Assembly: GCA_051362555.1 (NCBI GenBank)
Contig: CM120646.1
Coordinates: 8,494,001-8,558,000 of the forward strand
Origin: Lingula anatina
Taxonomy: Eukaryota; Animalia; Brachiopoda
Length of the DNA stretch: 64,000 nt
Direction of reading: 5' to 3'
This document shows positions 1 through 13,306 of this stretch, one piece after another. The notes under the pieces were generated by a model, which made no database searches, was not told the DNA's origin, and worked only from the letters and a program-made list of their open reading frames with translations. The translations under genes were made by a program, and so were the position numbers. Positions within the stretch are counted from its first letter, which is position 1, and each line of letters begins with the position of its first letter.

Positions 1-12
1 GTGGCAAATTAC

Positions 13-295
13 CCATAATTGTCATCTGGAAAACAACATATACCATTCAAGACTTCTCCTTACTACCAATACCACATGCAGATTCCTCCTTACAGTGGGT
101 TTCTGGAATCAGGATTAGCGCACCATTTGACAATGTCCTAAATCTTCCCACGTACCATCTATTGTACACAAGGACGAGACATAACGCTGCTCTTGCTGCT
201 GTCTTTCACTGCCTGCTTTTTCTATAGGAATTAGCCATGACCAGACAGGAAGTATCAGTTCACCAAGAAGCCACTCGCTGTATGGAAAGGGTCAC
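13..295 (-). other. Amplified exon-like cassette, copy 1 (283 nt, non-coding)
   Basis: Minus strand: ttctttttccag|GTGACCC...ATTATGG|gtaattt; stops in all three minus frames. Confidence 0.5.
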
Positions 296-1278
296 CTGGA
301 AAAAGAACAATATATAATTTGAAAAATGTGAAAATTAAATTTTAAAAAGTGACTCTGCTTAGAATAGTTAAACGATGATAATTTTGACAAATCTAGTCCA
401 ATATTTGTGAAATTTGCACAAATGATGCTAAACAACAATAAAAATCTGTGATAAGCTCATCAGTTGACTGCATCCTGTAAAAAAGATTTAATCAGACAAT
501 ATATTTTAGAAAACTGAAAATTGCATTGAAATGTCAGGGAAATTCCATGGCATAAAATAGTTAAACGTTAATAATTTTTACAAATCTGGTCCTATATTTG
601 AGAAATTTGCACAAATGATACTTAACAACAATGAAAATCTGTGATAAGCTCATCAATTGACTGTGTAAAATGAAAAAGATTTTTTTGGACAATATATTAT
701 AGAAAACTGAAAATTACATTAAAAAGACTGGTAAATTCCATGGCATAAAATAGTTAAACGTTAATAATTTTGACAAATCTATTCCAATATTTGTCAAATT
801 TGGAAAAATGATGCTTAACAACAATAAAAATCTGTGATAAGCTCATCAGTTGACTGCATCCTGTGAAAAAGATTTAATCAGACAATATATTTTAGAAAAC
901 TGAAAATTTCATTGAAATGTCAGGCAAATTCCATGGCATAAAATAGTTAAACGTTAATAATTTTGACAAATCTGGTCCTATATTTGTAAAACTTTCACAA
1001 ATGATGCTCAACAACAATAAAAATCTGTAATAAGCTCATCAGTTGACTGTCTCCCATGAAAAAGATTTTTCGGTATAATATATTTGAGAAAACGGAAAAT
1101 TACATTGAAAAGACTGGCAAATTCAATGGCATAAAATAGTTAAAAGTTAATAATTTTGACAAATCTAGTTCTATATTTGTGAAATTTGCACAAATGATGC
1201 CTAACATGAATGAAAATCTGTGATAAGCTCATCAGTTGACTGCAACCTATGAAAAAGATTGAATCGGACAATATATTT

Positions 1279-1456
1279 GCGCACCATTTGACAATGTCCT
1301 AAATCTTCCCACGTACCAACTAATGTACACAAGGACGAGACATAAAGTTGCTCTTGCTGCTGCCTTTCACTGCCTGCTTTTTCTATAGGAATTATCCATG
1401 ACCAGACAGGAAGTATCAGTTCACCAAAAAGCCACCCGCTGTATGGAAAGGGTCAC
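1279..1456 (-). other. Truncated cassette (keeps acceptor, lacks donor), fused to satellite
   Basis: Satellite CAATATATTTG joins directly to CGCACCATTTGAC; the same junction recurs at 9404. Confidence 0.5.
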
Positions 1457-2394
1457 CTGGAAAAAGAACAATATATAATTTGAAAAAAGTGAAAATTAAA
1501 TTTTAAAAAGTGACTAGGCTTAGAATAGTTAAACGATGATAATTTTGACAAATCTGGTCCAATATTTGTGGAATTTGCACAAAGGATGCTTAACAACAAT
1601 AAAAATCTGTGATAAGCTTATCAGTTGACTGTGCCCCATGAAAAAGATTTTTCGGAACAATATATTTGAGAAAACTGAAAATTACATTGAAAAGACTGGT
1701 AAATTCCATGGCATAATATAGTTAAACGTTAATAATTTTGACAAATCTAGTTCTATATTTGTGAAATTTGCACAAATGATGCCTAACATGAATGAAAATC
1801 TGTGATAAGCTCATCAGTTGACTGCAACCTATGAAAAAGATTTTATCGGACAATATATTAGAGAAAACTGAAAACTGCACTGAAAGGTCGGGCAAATTCC
1901 ATGGCATAAAATAGTTAAACGTTATTAATTTTGATAAATCCATTCCAATATTTGTCAAATTTGGACAAATGATGCCTAACATGAATGAAAATCTGTGATA
2001 AACTCATCAGTTGACTGCATCCTGTGAAAAAGATTTAATCAGACAGTATATTTTAGAAAAGTGAAAAATTGCATTGAAATGTCAGGCAAATTCCATGGCA
2101 TAAAATAGTTAAACGTTAATAATTTTTACAAATCTGGTCCTATATTTGAGAAATTTGCACAAATGATACTTAACAACAATGAAAATCTGTGATAAGCTCA
2201 TCAGTTGGCTGTCTGCCATGAAAAAGATTTTTCGGGACAATATATTTGAGAAAATTGAAAATTACATTGAAAAAGACTGGTAAATTCCATGGCATAATAT
2301 AGTTAAACGTTAATAATTTTGACAAATCTGGTCCTATATTTGAGAAATTTGCACAAATGATACTTAACAACAATGAAAATCTGTGATAGAGCTT

Positions 2395-2562
2395 CAGGGG
2401 CGGATATAGGCCGTCTTCTGGGTCTTCTGGAAGACGGTCAGATTTTTTAGTAAACATTGATGGGTATCTAATTTTTTCTGTCGGAAGACGGTCAAAAATG
2501 AAGGATGGATCAACAAAGATAATTTTGAAGTCTGTCAGGAAATATCTCTGGATCCGCCCCTG
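2395..2562. mobile_element. 168-bp MITE (CAGGGGCGGAT termini, hAT-like) inserted in a satellite monomer
   Basis: TIRs CAGGGGCGGATATAG / CTGGATCCGCCCCTG. Absent from the paralogous monomers near 5680 and 10512. Confidence 0.9.
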
Positions 2563-3307
2563 AGCTCATCAGCTGGCTGTCTGCCATGAAAAAGATTTTT
2601 CGGCACAATATATTTGAGAAAACTGAAAATTACATTGAAAAGACTGGTAAATTCCATGGCATAATATAGTTAAACATTAATAATTTTGACAAATCTAGTT
2701 CTATATTTATGAAATTTGCACAAATGATGCCTAACATGAATGAAAATCTGTGATAAGCTTATCAGTTGACTGCAACCTATGAAAAAGATTTAATCAGACA
2801 ATATATTTGAGAAAACTGAAAACTGCATTGAAAGGTCGGGCAAATTCCACGGCATAAAATAGTTAAACATTAATAATTTTAATAAATCTATTCCAATATT
2901 TGTCAAATTTGGACAAATAATGCCTAACATGAATGAAAATCTGTGATAAGTTCATCAGTTGACTGCATCCTATGAAAAAGATTTAATCGGACAATATATT
3001 TGAGAAAACTGAAAATTACATTGAAAAGACGGGCAAATTTAATAGCATAAAAAAGTTAAACGTTAATAATTTTGACAAATCTAGTCCAATATTTGTCAAA
3101 TTTGGACAAATGATGCTTAACATCAATAAAAATCTGTGATAAGCTTACCAATTGACTGTGTGTAATATTAGTGTTGTTTATTGGCAATTTGTACGAGAAG
3201 AGTCAGAATGACCAAAAAATTTTTTTCAATTTAACAACATATTTAGTCTCATATGAAACAGCAAATGTTATGATTTGTGTTTGTTTGTGTTAGAGGTGGC
3301 AAATTAC

Positions 3308-3590
3308 CCATAATTGTCATCTGGAAAACAACATATACCATTCAAGACTTCTCCTTACTACCAATACCACATGCAGATTCCTCCTTACAGTGGGTTTCTG
3401 GAATCAGGATTAGCGCACCATTTGACAATGTCCTAAATCTTCCCACGTACCAACTACTGTACACAAGGACAAGACATAAAGTTGCTCTTGCTGCTGTCTT
3501 TCATTGCCTGCTTTTTCTATAGGAATTAGTCATGATCAGACAGGAAGTATCAGTTCACCAAGAAGCCACCCGCTGTATGGAAAGGGTCAC
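3308..3590 (-). other. Amplified exon-like cassette, copy 2
   Basis: Near-identical to 13-295 with the same acceptor and donor. Confidence 0.5.
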
Positions 3591-6424
3591 CTGGAAAAAG
3601 AACAATATATAATTTGAAAAAAGTGAAAATTAAATTTTAAAAAGTGACTCGGCTTAGAATAGTTAAACGATGATAATTTTGAGAAATCTGGTCCAATAAT
3701 TGTGTAATTTGCACAAATGATGCTTAACAACAATAAAAATCTATGATAAGCTTATTAGTTGACTGTGCCCCATGAAAAAGATTTTTCGGAACAATATATT
3801 TGAGAAAATTGAAAATTACATTGAAAAGACTGGTAAATTCCATGGCATAATATAGTTAAACGTTAATAATTTTGACAAATCTGGTTGTATATTTGTGAAA
3901 TTTGCACAAATGATACTTAACAACAATGAAAATCTGTGATAAGCTCATCAATTGACTGTGTAAAATGAAAAAGATTTTTTCGGACAATATATTATAGAAA
4001 ACTGAAAATTACATTCAAAAGGCGGGCAAATTCCATGGCATAAAATAGTTAAACGTTAATAATTTTGACAAATCTATTCCAATATTTGTCAAATTTGAAA
4101 AAATGATGCTAAACAACAATAAAAATCTGTGATAAGCTCATCAAGTGACTGCATCCTGTGAAAAAGATTTAATCAGACAATATATTTTAGAAAACTGAAA
4201 ATTGCATTGAAATGTCAGGCAAATTCCATGACATAAAATAGTTAAACGTTAATGATTTTTACAAATCTGGTCCTATATTTGAGAAATTTGCACAAATGAT
4301 ACTTAACAACAATGAAAATCTGTGATAAGCTCATCAGTTGGCTGTCTCTCATGAAAAAGATTTTTCGGGACAATATATTTGAGAAAACTGTAAATTACAT
4401 TGAAAAGACTGGTAAATTCCATGGCATAAAATAGTTAAACGTTAATAATTTTTACAAATCTGGTCCTATATTTGAGAAATTTGCACAAATGATACTTAAC
4501 AACAATGAAAATCTGTGATAAGTTCATCAATTGACTGTGTAAAATGAAAAAGATTTTTTTGGACAATATATTATAGAAAACTGAAAATTACATTAAAAAG
4601 ACTGGTAAATTCCATGGCATAAAATAGTTAAACGTTAATAATTTTGACAAATCTATTCCAATATTTGTCAAATTTGGAAAAATGATGCTTAACAACAATA
4701 AAAATCTGTGATAAGCTCATCAGTTGACTGCATCCTGTGAAAAAGATTTAATCAGACAATATATTTTAGAAAACTGAAAATTGCATTGAAATGTCAGGCA
4801 AATTCCATGGCATAAAATAGTTAAACGTTAATAATTTTGACAAATCTGGTCCTATATTTGTAAAACTTTCACAAATGATGCTCAACAACAATAAAAATCT
4901 GTAATAAGCTCATCAGTTGACTGTCTCCCATGAAAAAGATTTTTCGGTATAATATATTTGAGAAAACGGAAAATTACATTGAAAAGACTGGCAAATTCAA
5001 TGGCATAAAATAGTTAAAAGTTAATAATTTTGACAAATCTAGTTCTATATTTGTGAAATTTGCACAAATGATGCCTAACATGAATGAAAATCTGTGATAA
5101 GCTCATCAGTTGACTGCAACCTATGAAAAAGATTTTATCGGACAATATATTAGAGAAAACTGAAAACTGCACTGAAAGGTCGGGCAAATTCCATGGCATA
5201 AAATAGTTAAACGTTATTAATTTTGATAAATCCATTCCAATATTTGTCAAATTTGGACAAATGATGCCTAACATGAATGAAAATCTGTGATAAACTCATC
5301 AGTTGACTGCATCCTGTGAAAAAGATTTAATCAGACAGTATATTTTAGAAAACTGAAAAATTGCATTGAAATGTCAGGCAAATTCCATGGCATAAAATAG
5401 TTAAACGTTAATAATTTTTACAAATCTGGTCCTATATTTGAGGAATTTGCACAAATGATACTTAACAACAATGAAAATCTGTGATAAGCTCATCAGTTGG
5501 CTGTCTGCCATGAAAAAGATTTTTCGGGACAATATATTTGAGAAAATTGAAAATTACATTGAAAAGACTGGTAAATTCCATGGCATAATATAGTTAAACA
5601 TTAATAATTTTGACAAATCTGGTCCTATATTTGAGAAATTTGCACAAATGATACTTAACAACAATGAAAATCTGTGATAAGCTCATCAGCTGGCTGTCTG
5701 CCATGAAAAAGATTTTTCGGCACAATATATTTGAGAAAACTGAAAATTACATTGAAAAGACTGGTAAATTCCATGGCATAATATAGTTAAACATTAATAA
5801 TTTTGACAAATCTAGTTCTATATTTATGAAATTTGCACAAATGATGCCTAACATGAATGAAAATCTGTGATAAGCTTATCAGTTGACTGCAACCTATGAA
5901 AAAGATTTAATCAGACAATATATTTGAGAAAACTGAAAACTGCATTGAAAGGTCGGGCAAATTCCACGGCATAAAATAGTTAAACATTAATAATTTTAAT
6001 AAATCTATTCCAATATTTGTCAAATTTGGACAAATAATGCCTAACATGAATGAAAATCTGTGATAAGTTCATCAGTTGACTGCATCCTATGAAAAAGATT
6101 TAATCGGACAATATATTTGAGAAAACTGAAAATTACATTGAAAAGACGGGCAAATTTAATAGCATAAAAAAGTTAAACGTTAATAATTTTGACAAATCTA
6201 GTCCAATATTTGTCAAATTTGGACAAATGATGCTTAACATCAATAAAAATCTGTGATAAGCTTACCAATTGACTGTGTGTAATATTAGTGTTGTTTATTG
6301 GCAATTTGTACGAGAAGAGTCAGAATGACCAAAAAATTTTTTTCAATTTAACAACATATTTAGTCTCATATGAAACAGCAAATGTTATGATTTGTGTTTG
6401 TTTGTGTTAGAGGTGGCAAATTAC

Positions 6425-6707
6425 CCATAATTGTCATCTGGAAAACAACATATACCATTCAAGACTTCTCCTTACTACCAATACCACATGCAGATTCCTC
6501 CTTACAGTGGGTTTCTGGAATCAGGATTAGCGCACCATTTGACAATGTCCTAAATCTTCCCACGTACCAACTACTGTACACAAGGACGAGACATAAAGTT
6601 GCTCTTGCTGCTGTCTTTCATTGCCTGCTTTTTCTATAGGAATAAGTCATGATCAGACAGGAAGTATCAGTTCACCAAAAAGCCACCCGCTGTATGGAAA
6701 GGGTCAC
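6425..6707 (-). other. Amplified exon-like cassette, copy 3
   Basis: Near-identical to 3308-3590 (offset 3117). Confidence 0.5.
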
Positions 6708-8189
6708 CTGGAAAAAGAACAATATATAATTTGAAAAAAGTGAAAATTAAATTTTAAAAAGTGACTCGGCTTAGAATAGTTAAACGATGATAATTTTGAG
6801 AAATCTGGTCCAATAATTGTGTAATTTGCACAAATGATGCTTAACAACAATAAAAATCTATGATAAGCTTATTAGTTGACTGTGCCCCATGAAAAAGATT
6901 TTTCGGAACAATATATTTGAGAAAATTGAAAATTACATTAAAAAGACTGGTAAATTCCATGGCATAATATAGTTAAACGTTAATAATTTTGACAAATCTG
7001 GTTGTATATTTGTGAAATTTGCACAAATGATACTTAACAACAATGAAAATCTGTGATAAGCTCATCAATTGACTGTGTAAAATGAAAAAGATTTTTTCGG
7101 ACAATATATTATAGAAAACTGAAAATTACATTCAAAAGGCGGGCAAATTCCATGGCATAAAATAGTTAAACGTTAATAATTTTGACAAATCTATTCCAAT
7201 ATTTGTCAAATTTGAAAAAATGATGCTAAACAACAATAAAAATCTGTGATAAGCTCATCAAGTGACTGCATCCTGTGAAAAAGATTTAATCAGACAATAT
7301 ATTTTAGAAAACTGAAAATTGCATTGAAATGTCAGCCAAATTCCATGACATAAAATAGTTAAACGTTAATGATTTTTACAAATCTGGTCCTATATTTGAG
7401 AAATTTGCACAAATGATACTTAACAACAATGAAAATCTGTGATAAGCTCATCAGTTGGCTGTCTCTCATGAAAAGATTTTTCGGGACAATATATTTGAGA
7501 AAACGGAAAATTACATTGAAAAGACTGGCAAATTCAATGGCATAAAATAGTTAAAAGTTAATAATTTTGACAAATCTAGTTCTATATTTGTGAAATTTGC
7601 ACAAATGATGCCTAACATGAATGAAAATCTGTGATAAGCTCATCAGTTGACTGCAACCTATGAAAAAGATTTAATCGGACAATATATTTGAGAAAACTGA
7701 AAACTGCATTGAAAGGTCAGGCAAATTCCACGGCATAAAATAGTTAAACATTAATAATTTTGATAAATCTATTCCAATATTTGTCAAATTTGGACAAATG
7801 ATGCCTAACATGAATGAAAATCTGTGATAAGCTCATCAGTTGACTGCATCCTATGAAAAAGATTTAATCAGACAATATATTTGAGAAAACTGAAAATTAC
7901 ATTGAAAAGACGGGCAAATTTAATAGCATAAAAAAGTTAATCGTTAATTTTGACAAATCTAGTCCAATATTTGTTAAATTTGGACAAATGATGCTTAACA
8001 TCAATAAAAATCTGTGATAAACTTACCAATTGACTGTGTGTAATATTAGTGTTGTTTATTGGCAATTTGTATGAGAAGATTCAGAATGATTAAAAAGTTT
8101 TTTTTAAATTTAACAACATAAAATTCAGTCTCACATGAAACAGCAAATGTTATGATTTGTGTTTGTTTGTGTTAGAGGTGGCAAATTAC

Positions 8190-8472
8190 CCATAATTGTC
8201 ATCTGGAAAACAACATATACCATTCAAGACTTCTCCTTACTACCAATACCACATGCAGATTCCTCCTTACAGTGGGTTTCTGGAATCAGGATTAGCGCAC
8301 CATTTGACAATGTCCTAAATCTTCCCACGTACCATCTATTGTACACAAGGACGAGACATAACGCTGCTCTTGCTGCTGTCTTTCACTGCCTGCTTTTTCT
8401 ATAGGAATTAGCCATGACCAGACAGGAAGTATCAGTTCACCAAGAAGCCACTCGCTGTATGGAAAGGGTCAC
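8190..8472 (-). other. Amplified exon-like cassette, copy 4
   Basis: Same variant as copy 1 (CATCTATT, AACGCTGCT). Confidence 0.5.
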
Positions 8473-9403
8473 CTGGAAAAAGAACAATATATAATTTGAA
8501 AAATGTGAAAATTAAATTTTAAAAAGTGACTCTGCTTAGAATAGTTAAACGATGATAATTTTGACAAATCTGGTCCAATATTTGTGAAATTTGCACAAAT
8601 GATGCTTAACAACAATAAAAATCTGTGATAAGCTCATCAGTTGACTGCATCCTGTGAAAAAGATTTAATCAGACAATATATTTTAGAAAACGTTAATAAT
8701 TTTGACAAATCTATTCTAATTTTTGTCAAATTTGGACAAATGGTGCCTATCATCAATGAAAATCTGTGATAAGCTCATCATGTGACTGTGTCCCATGAAA
8801 AAGAATTTATTGGACAATATATTATAGAAAACTGAAAATTACATTCAAAAGGCGGGCAAATTCCATGGCATAAAATAGTTAAACGTTAATAATTTTGACA
8901 AATCTATTCCAATATTTGTCAAATTTGGAAAAATGATGCTTAACAACAATAAAAATCTGTGATAAGTTCATCAGTTGACTGCATCCTGTGAAAAAGATTT
9001 AATCAGACAATATATTTTAGAAAACTAAAAATTGCATTGAAAGCTTGGGCAAATTCCATGGGATAAAATAGTTAAACGTTAATAATTTTGACAAATCTGG
9101 TCCTATATTTGTAAAACTTTCACAAATGATGCTCAACAACAATAAAAATCTGTAATAAGCTCATCAGTTGACTGTCTCCCATGAAAAAGATTTTTCGGTA
9201 TAATATATTTGAGAAAACGGAAAATTACATTGAAAAGACTGGCAAATTCAATGGCATAAAATAGTTAAAAGTTAATAATTTTGACAAATCTAGTTCTATA
9301 TTTGTGAAATTTGCACAAATGATGCCTAACATGAATGAAAATCTGTGATAAGCTCATCAGTTGACTGCAACCTATGAAAAAGATTGAATCGGACAATATA
9401 TTT

Positions 9404-9581
9404 GCGCACCATTTGACAATGTCCTAAATCTTCCCACGTACCAACTAATGTACACAAGGACGAGACATAAAGTTGCTCTTGCTGCTGCCTTTCACTGCCT
9501 GCTTTTTCTATAGGAATTATCCATGACCAGACAGGAAGTATCAGTTCACCAAAAAGCCACCCGCTGTATGGAAAGGGTCAC
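9404..9581 (-). other. Truncated cassette, second copy
   Basis: Same junction and variants as 1279-1456 (offset 8125). Confidence 0.5.
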
Positions 9582-11257
9582 CTGGAAAAAGAACAATATA
9601 TAATTTGAAAAAAGTGAAAATTAAATTTTAAAAAGTGACTAGGCTTAGAATAGTTAAACGATGATAATTTTGACAAATCTGGTCCAATATTTGTGGAATT
9701 TGCACAAAGGATGCTTAACAACAATAAAAATCTGTGATAAGCTTATCAGTTGACTGTGCCCCATGAAAAAGATTTTTCGGAACAATATATTTGAGAAAAC
9801 TGAAAATTACATTGAAAAGACTGGTAAATTCCATGGCATAATATAGTTAAACGTTAATAATTTTGACAAATCTAGTTCTATATTTGTGAAATTTGCACAA
9901 ATGATGCCTAACATGAATGAAAATCTGTGATAAGCTCATCAGTTGACTGCAACCTATGAAAAAGATTTTATCGGACAATATATTTGAGAAAACTGAAAAC
10001 TGCACTGAAAGGTCGGGCAAATTCCATGGCATAAAATAGTTAAACGTTATTAATTTTGATAAATCCATTCCAATATTTGTCAAATTTGGACAAATGATGC
10101 CTAACATGAATGAAAATCTGTGATAAACTCATCAGTTGACTGCATCCTGTGAAAAAGATTTAATCAGACAGTATATTTTAGAAAACTGAAAAATTGCATT
10201 GAAATGTCAGGCAAATTCCATGGCATAAAATAGTTAAACGTTAATAATTTTTACAAATCTGGTCCTATATTTGAGAAATTTGCACAAATGATACTTAACA
10301 ACAATGAAAATCTGTGATAAGCTCATCAGTTGGCTGTCTGCCATGAAAAAGATTTTTCGGGACAATATATTTGAGAAAATTGAAAATTACATTGAAAAGA
10401 CTGGTAAATTCCATGGCATAATATAGTTAAACGTTAATAATTTTGACAAATCTGGTCCTATATTTGAGAAATTTGCACAAATGATACTTAACAACAATGA
10501 AAATCTGTGATAAGCTCATCAGCTGGCTGTCTGCCATGAAAAAGATTTTTCGGCACAATATATTTGAGAAAACTGAAAATTACATTGAAAAGACTGGTAA
10601 ATTCCATGGCATAATATAGTTAAACATTAATAATTTTGACAAATCTAGTTCTATATTTGTGAAATTTGCACAAATGATGCCTAACATGAATGAAAATCTG
10701 TGATAAGCTTATCAGTTGACTGCAACCTATGAAAAAGATTTAATCAGACAATATATTTGAGAAAACTGAAAACTGCATTGAAAGGTCGGGCAAATTCCAC
10801 GGCATAAAATAGTTAAACATTAATAATTTTAATAAATCTATTCCAATATTTGTCAAATTTGGACAAATAATGCCTAACATGAATGAAAATCTGTGATAAG
10901 TTCATCAGTTGACTGCATCCTATGAAAAAGATTTAATCGGACAATATATTTGAGAAAACTGAAAATTACATTGAAAAGACGGGCAAATTTAATAGCATAA
11001 AAAAGTTAAACGTTAATAATTTTGACAAATCTAGTCCAATATTTGTCAAATTTGGACAAATGATGCTTAACATCAATAAAAATCTGTGATAAGCTTACCA
11101 ATTGACTGTGTGTAATATTAGTGTTGTTTATTGGCAATTTGTACGAGAAGAGTCAGAATGACCAAAAAATTTTTTTCAATTTAACAACATATTTAGTCTC
11201 ATATGAAACAGCAAATGTTATGATTTGTGTTTGTTTGTGTTAGAGGTGGCAAATTAC

Positions 11258-11540
11258 CCATAATTGTCATCTGGAAAACAACATATACCATTCAAGACTT
11301 CTCCTTACTACCAATACCACATGCAGATTCCTCCTTACAGTGGGTTTCTGGAATCAGGATTAGCGCACCATTTGACAATGTCCTAAATCTTCCCACGTAC
11401 CAACTACTGTACACAAGGACGAGACATAAAGTTGCTCTTGCTGCTGTCTTTCATTGCCTGCTTTTTCTATAGGAATTAGTCATGATCAGACAGGAAGTAT
11501 CAGTTCACCAAGAAGCCACCCGCTGTATGGAAAGGGTCAC
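11258..11540 (-). other. Amplified exon-like cassette, copy 5
   Basis: Offset 4833 from copy 3 and 7950 from copy 2. Confidence 0.5.
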
Positions 11541-13023
11541 CTGGAAAAAGAACAATATATAATTTGAAAAAAGTGAAAATTAAATTTTAAAAAGTGACTC
11601 GGCTTAGAATAGTTAAACGATGATAATTTTGAGAAATCTGGTCCAATAATTGTGTAATTTGCACAAATGATGCTTAACAACAATAAAAATCTATGATAAG
11701 CTTATTAGTTGACTGTGCCCCATGAAAAAGATTTTTCGGAACAATATATTTGAGAAAATTGAAAATTACATTGAAAAGACTGGTAAATTCCATGGCATAA
11801 TATAGTTAAACGTTAATAATTTTGACAAATCTGGTTGTATATTTGTGAAATTTGCACAAATGATACTTAACAACAATGAAAATCTGTGATAAGCTCATCA
11901 ATTGACTGTGTAAAATGAAAAAGATTTTTTCGGACAATATATTATAGAAAACTGAAAATTACATTCAAAAGGCGGGCAAATTCCATGGCATAAAATAGTT
12001 AAACGTTAATAATTTTGACAAATCTATTCCAATATTTGTCAAATTTGAAAAAATGATGCTAAACAACAATAAAAATCTGTGATAAGCTCATCAAGTGACT
12101 GCATCCTGTGAAAAAGATTTAATCAGACAATATATTTTAGAAAACTGAAAATTGCATTGAAATGTCAGGCAAATTCCATGACATAAAATAGTTAAACGTT
12201 AATAATTTTTACAAATCTGGTCCTATATTTGAGAAATTTGCACAAATGATACTTAACAACAATGAAAATCTGTGATAAGCTCATCAGTTGGCTGTCTCTC
12301 ATGAAAAAGATTTTTCGGGACAATATATTTGAGAAAACTGTAAATTACATTGAAAAGACTGGTAAATTCCATGGCATTATATAGTTAAACGTTAATAATT
12401 TTGACAAATCTAGTTCTATATTTGTGAAATTTGCACAAATGATGCCTAACATGAATGAAAATCTGTGATAAGCTCATCAGTTGACTGCAACCTATGAAAA
12501 AGATTTAATCGGACAATATATTTGAGAAAACTGAAAACTGCATTGAAAGGTCAGGCAAATTCCACGGCATAAAATAGTTAAACATTAATAATTTTGATAA
12601 ATCTATTCCAATATTTGTCAAATTTGGACAAATGATGCCTAACATGAATGAAAATCTGTGATAAGCTCATCAGTTGACTGCATCCTATGAAAAAGATTTA
12701 ATCAGACAATATATTTGAGAAAACTGAAAATTACATTGAAAAGACGGGCAAATTTAATAGCATAAAAAAGTTAATCGTTAATTTTGACAAATCTAGTCCA
12801 ATATTTGTTAAATTTGGACAAATGATGCTTAACATCAATAAAAATCTGTGATAAACTTACCAATTGACTGTGTGTAATATTAGTGTTGTTTATTGGCAAT
12901 TTGTATGAGAAGATTCAGAATGATTAAAAAGTTTTTTTTAAATTTAACAACATAAAATTCAGTCTCACATGAAACAGCAAATGTTATGATTTGTGTTTGT
13001 TTGTGTTAGAGGTGGCAAATTAC

Positions 13024-13306
13024 CCATAATTGTCATCTGGAAAACAACATATACCATTCAAGACTTCTCCTTACTACCAATACCACATGCAGATTCCTCC
13101 TTACAGTGGGTTTCTGGAATCAGGATTAGCGCACCATTTGACAATGTCCTAAATCTTCCCACGTACCATCTATTGTACACAAGGACGAGACATAACGCTG
13201 CTCTTGCTGCTGTCTTTCACTGCCTGCTTTTTCTATAGGAATTAGCCATGACCAGACAGGAAGTATCAGTTCACCAAGAAGCCACTCGCTGTATGGAAAG
13301 GGTCAC
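13024..13306 (-). other. Amplified exon-like cassette, copy 6
   Basis: Offset 4834 from copy 4. Confidence 0.5.

Noticed and set aside
228-321. Plus-strand exon after ctttttctatag
   Set aside because: Good acceptor but no convincing donor; frame differs in the 14.6-kb copy, whereas minus-strand sites are preserved.
1722-13238. Repeated 81-95 aa ORFs in the array
   Set aside because: Mostly non-ATG starts, products of repeat translation, and frame not kept in the diverged 14.6-kb paralogue.
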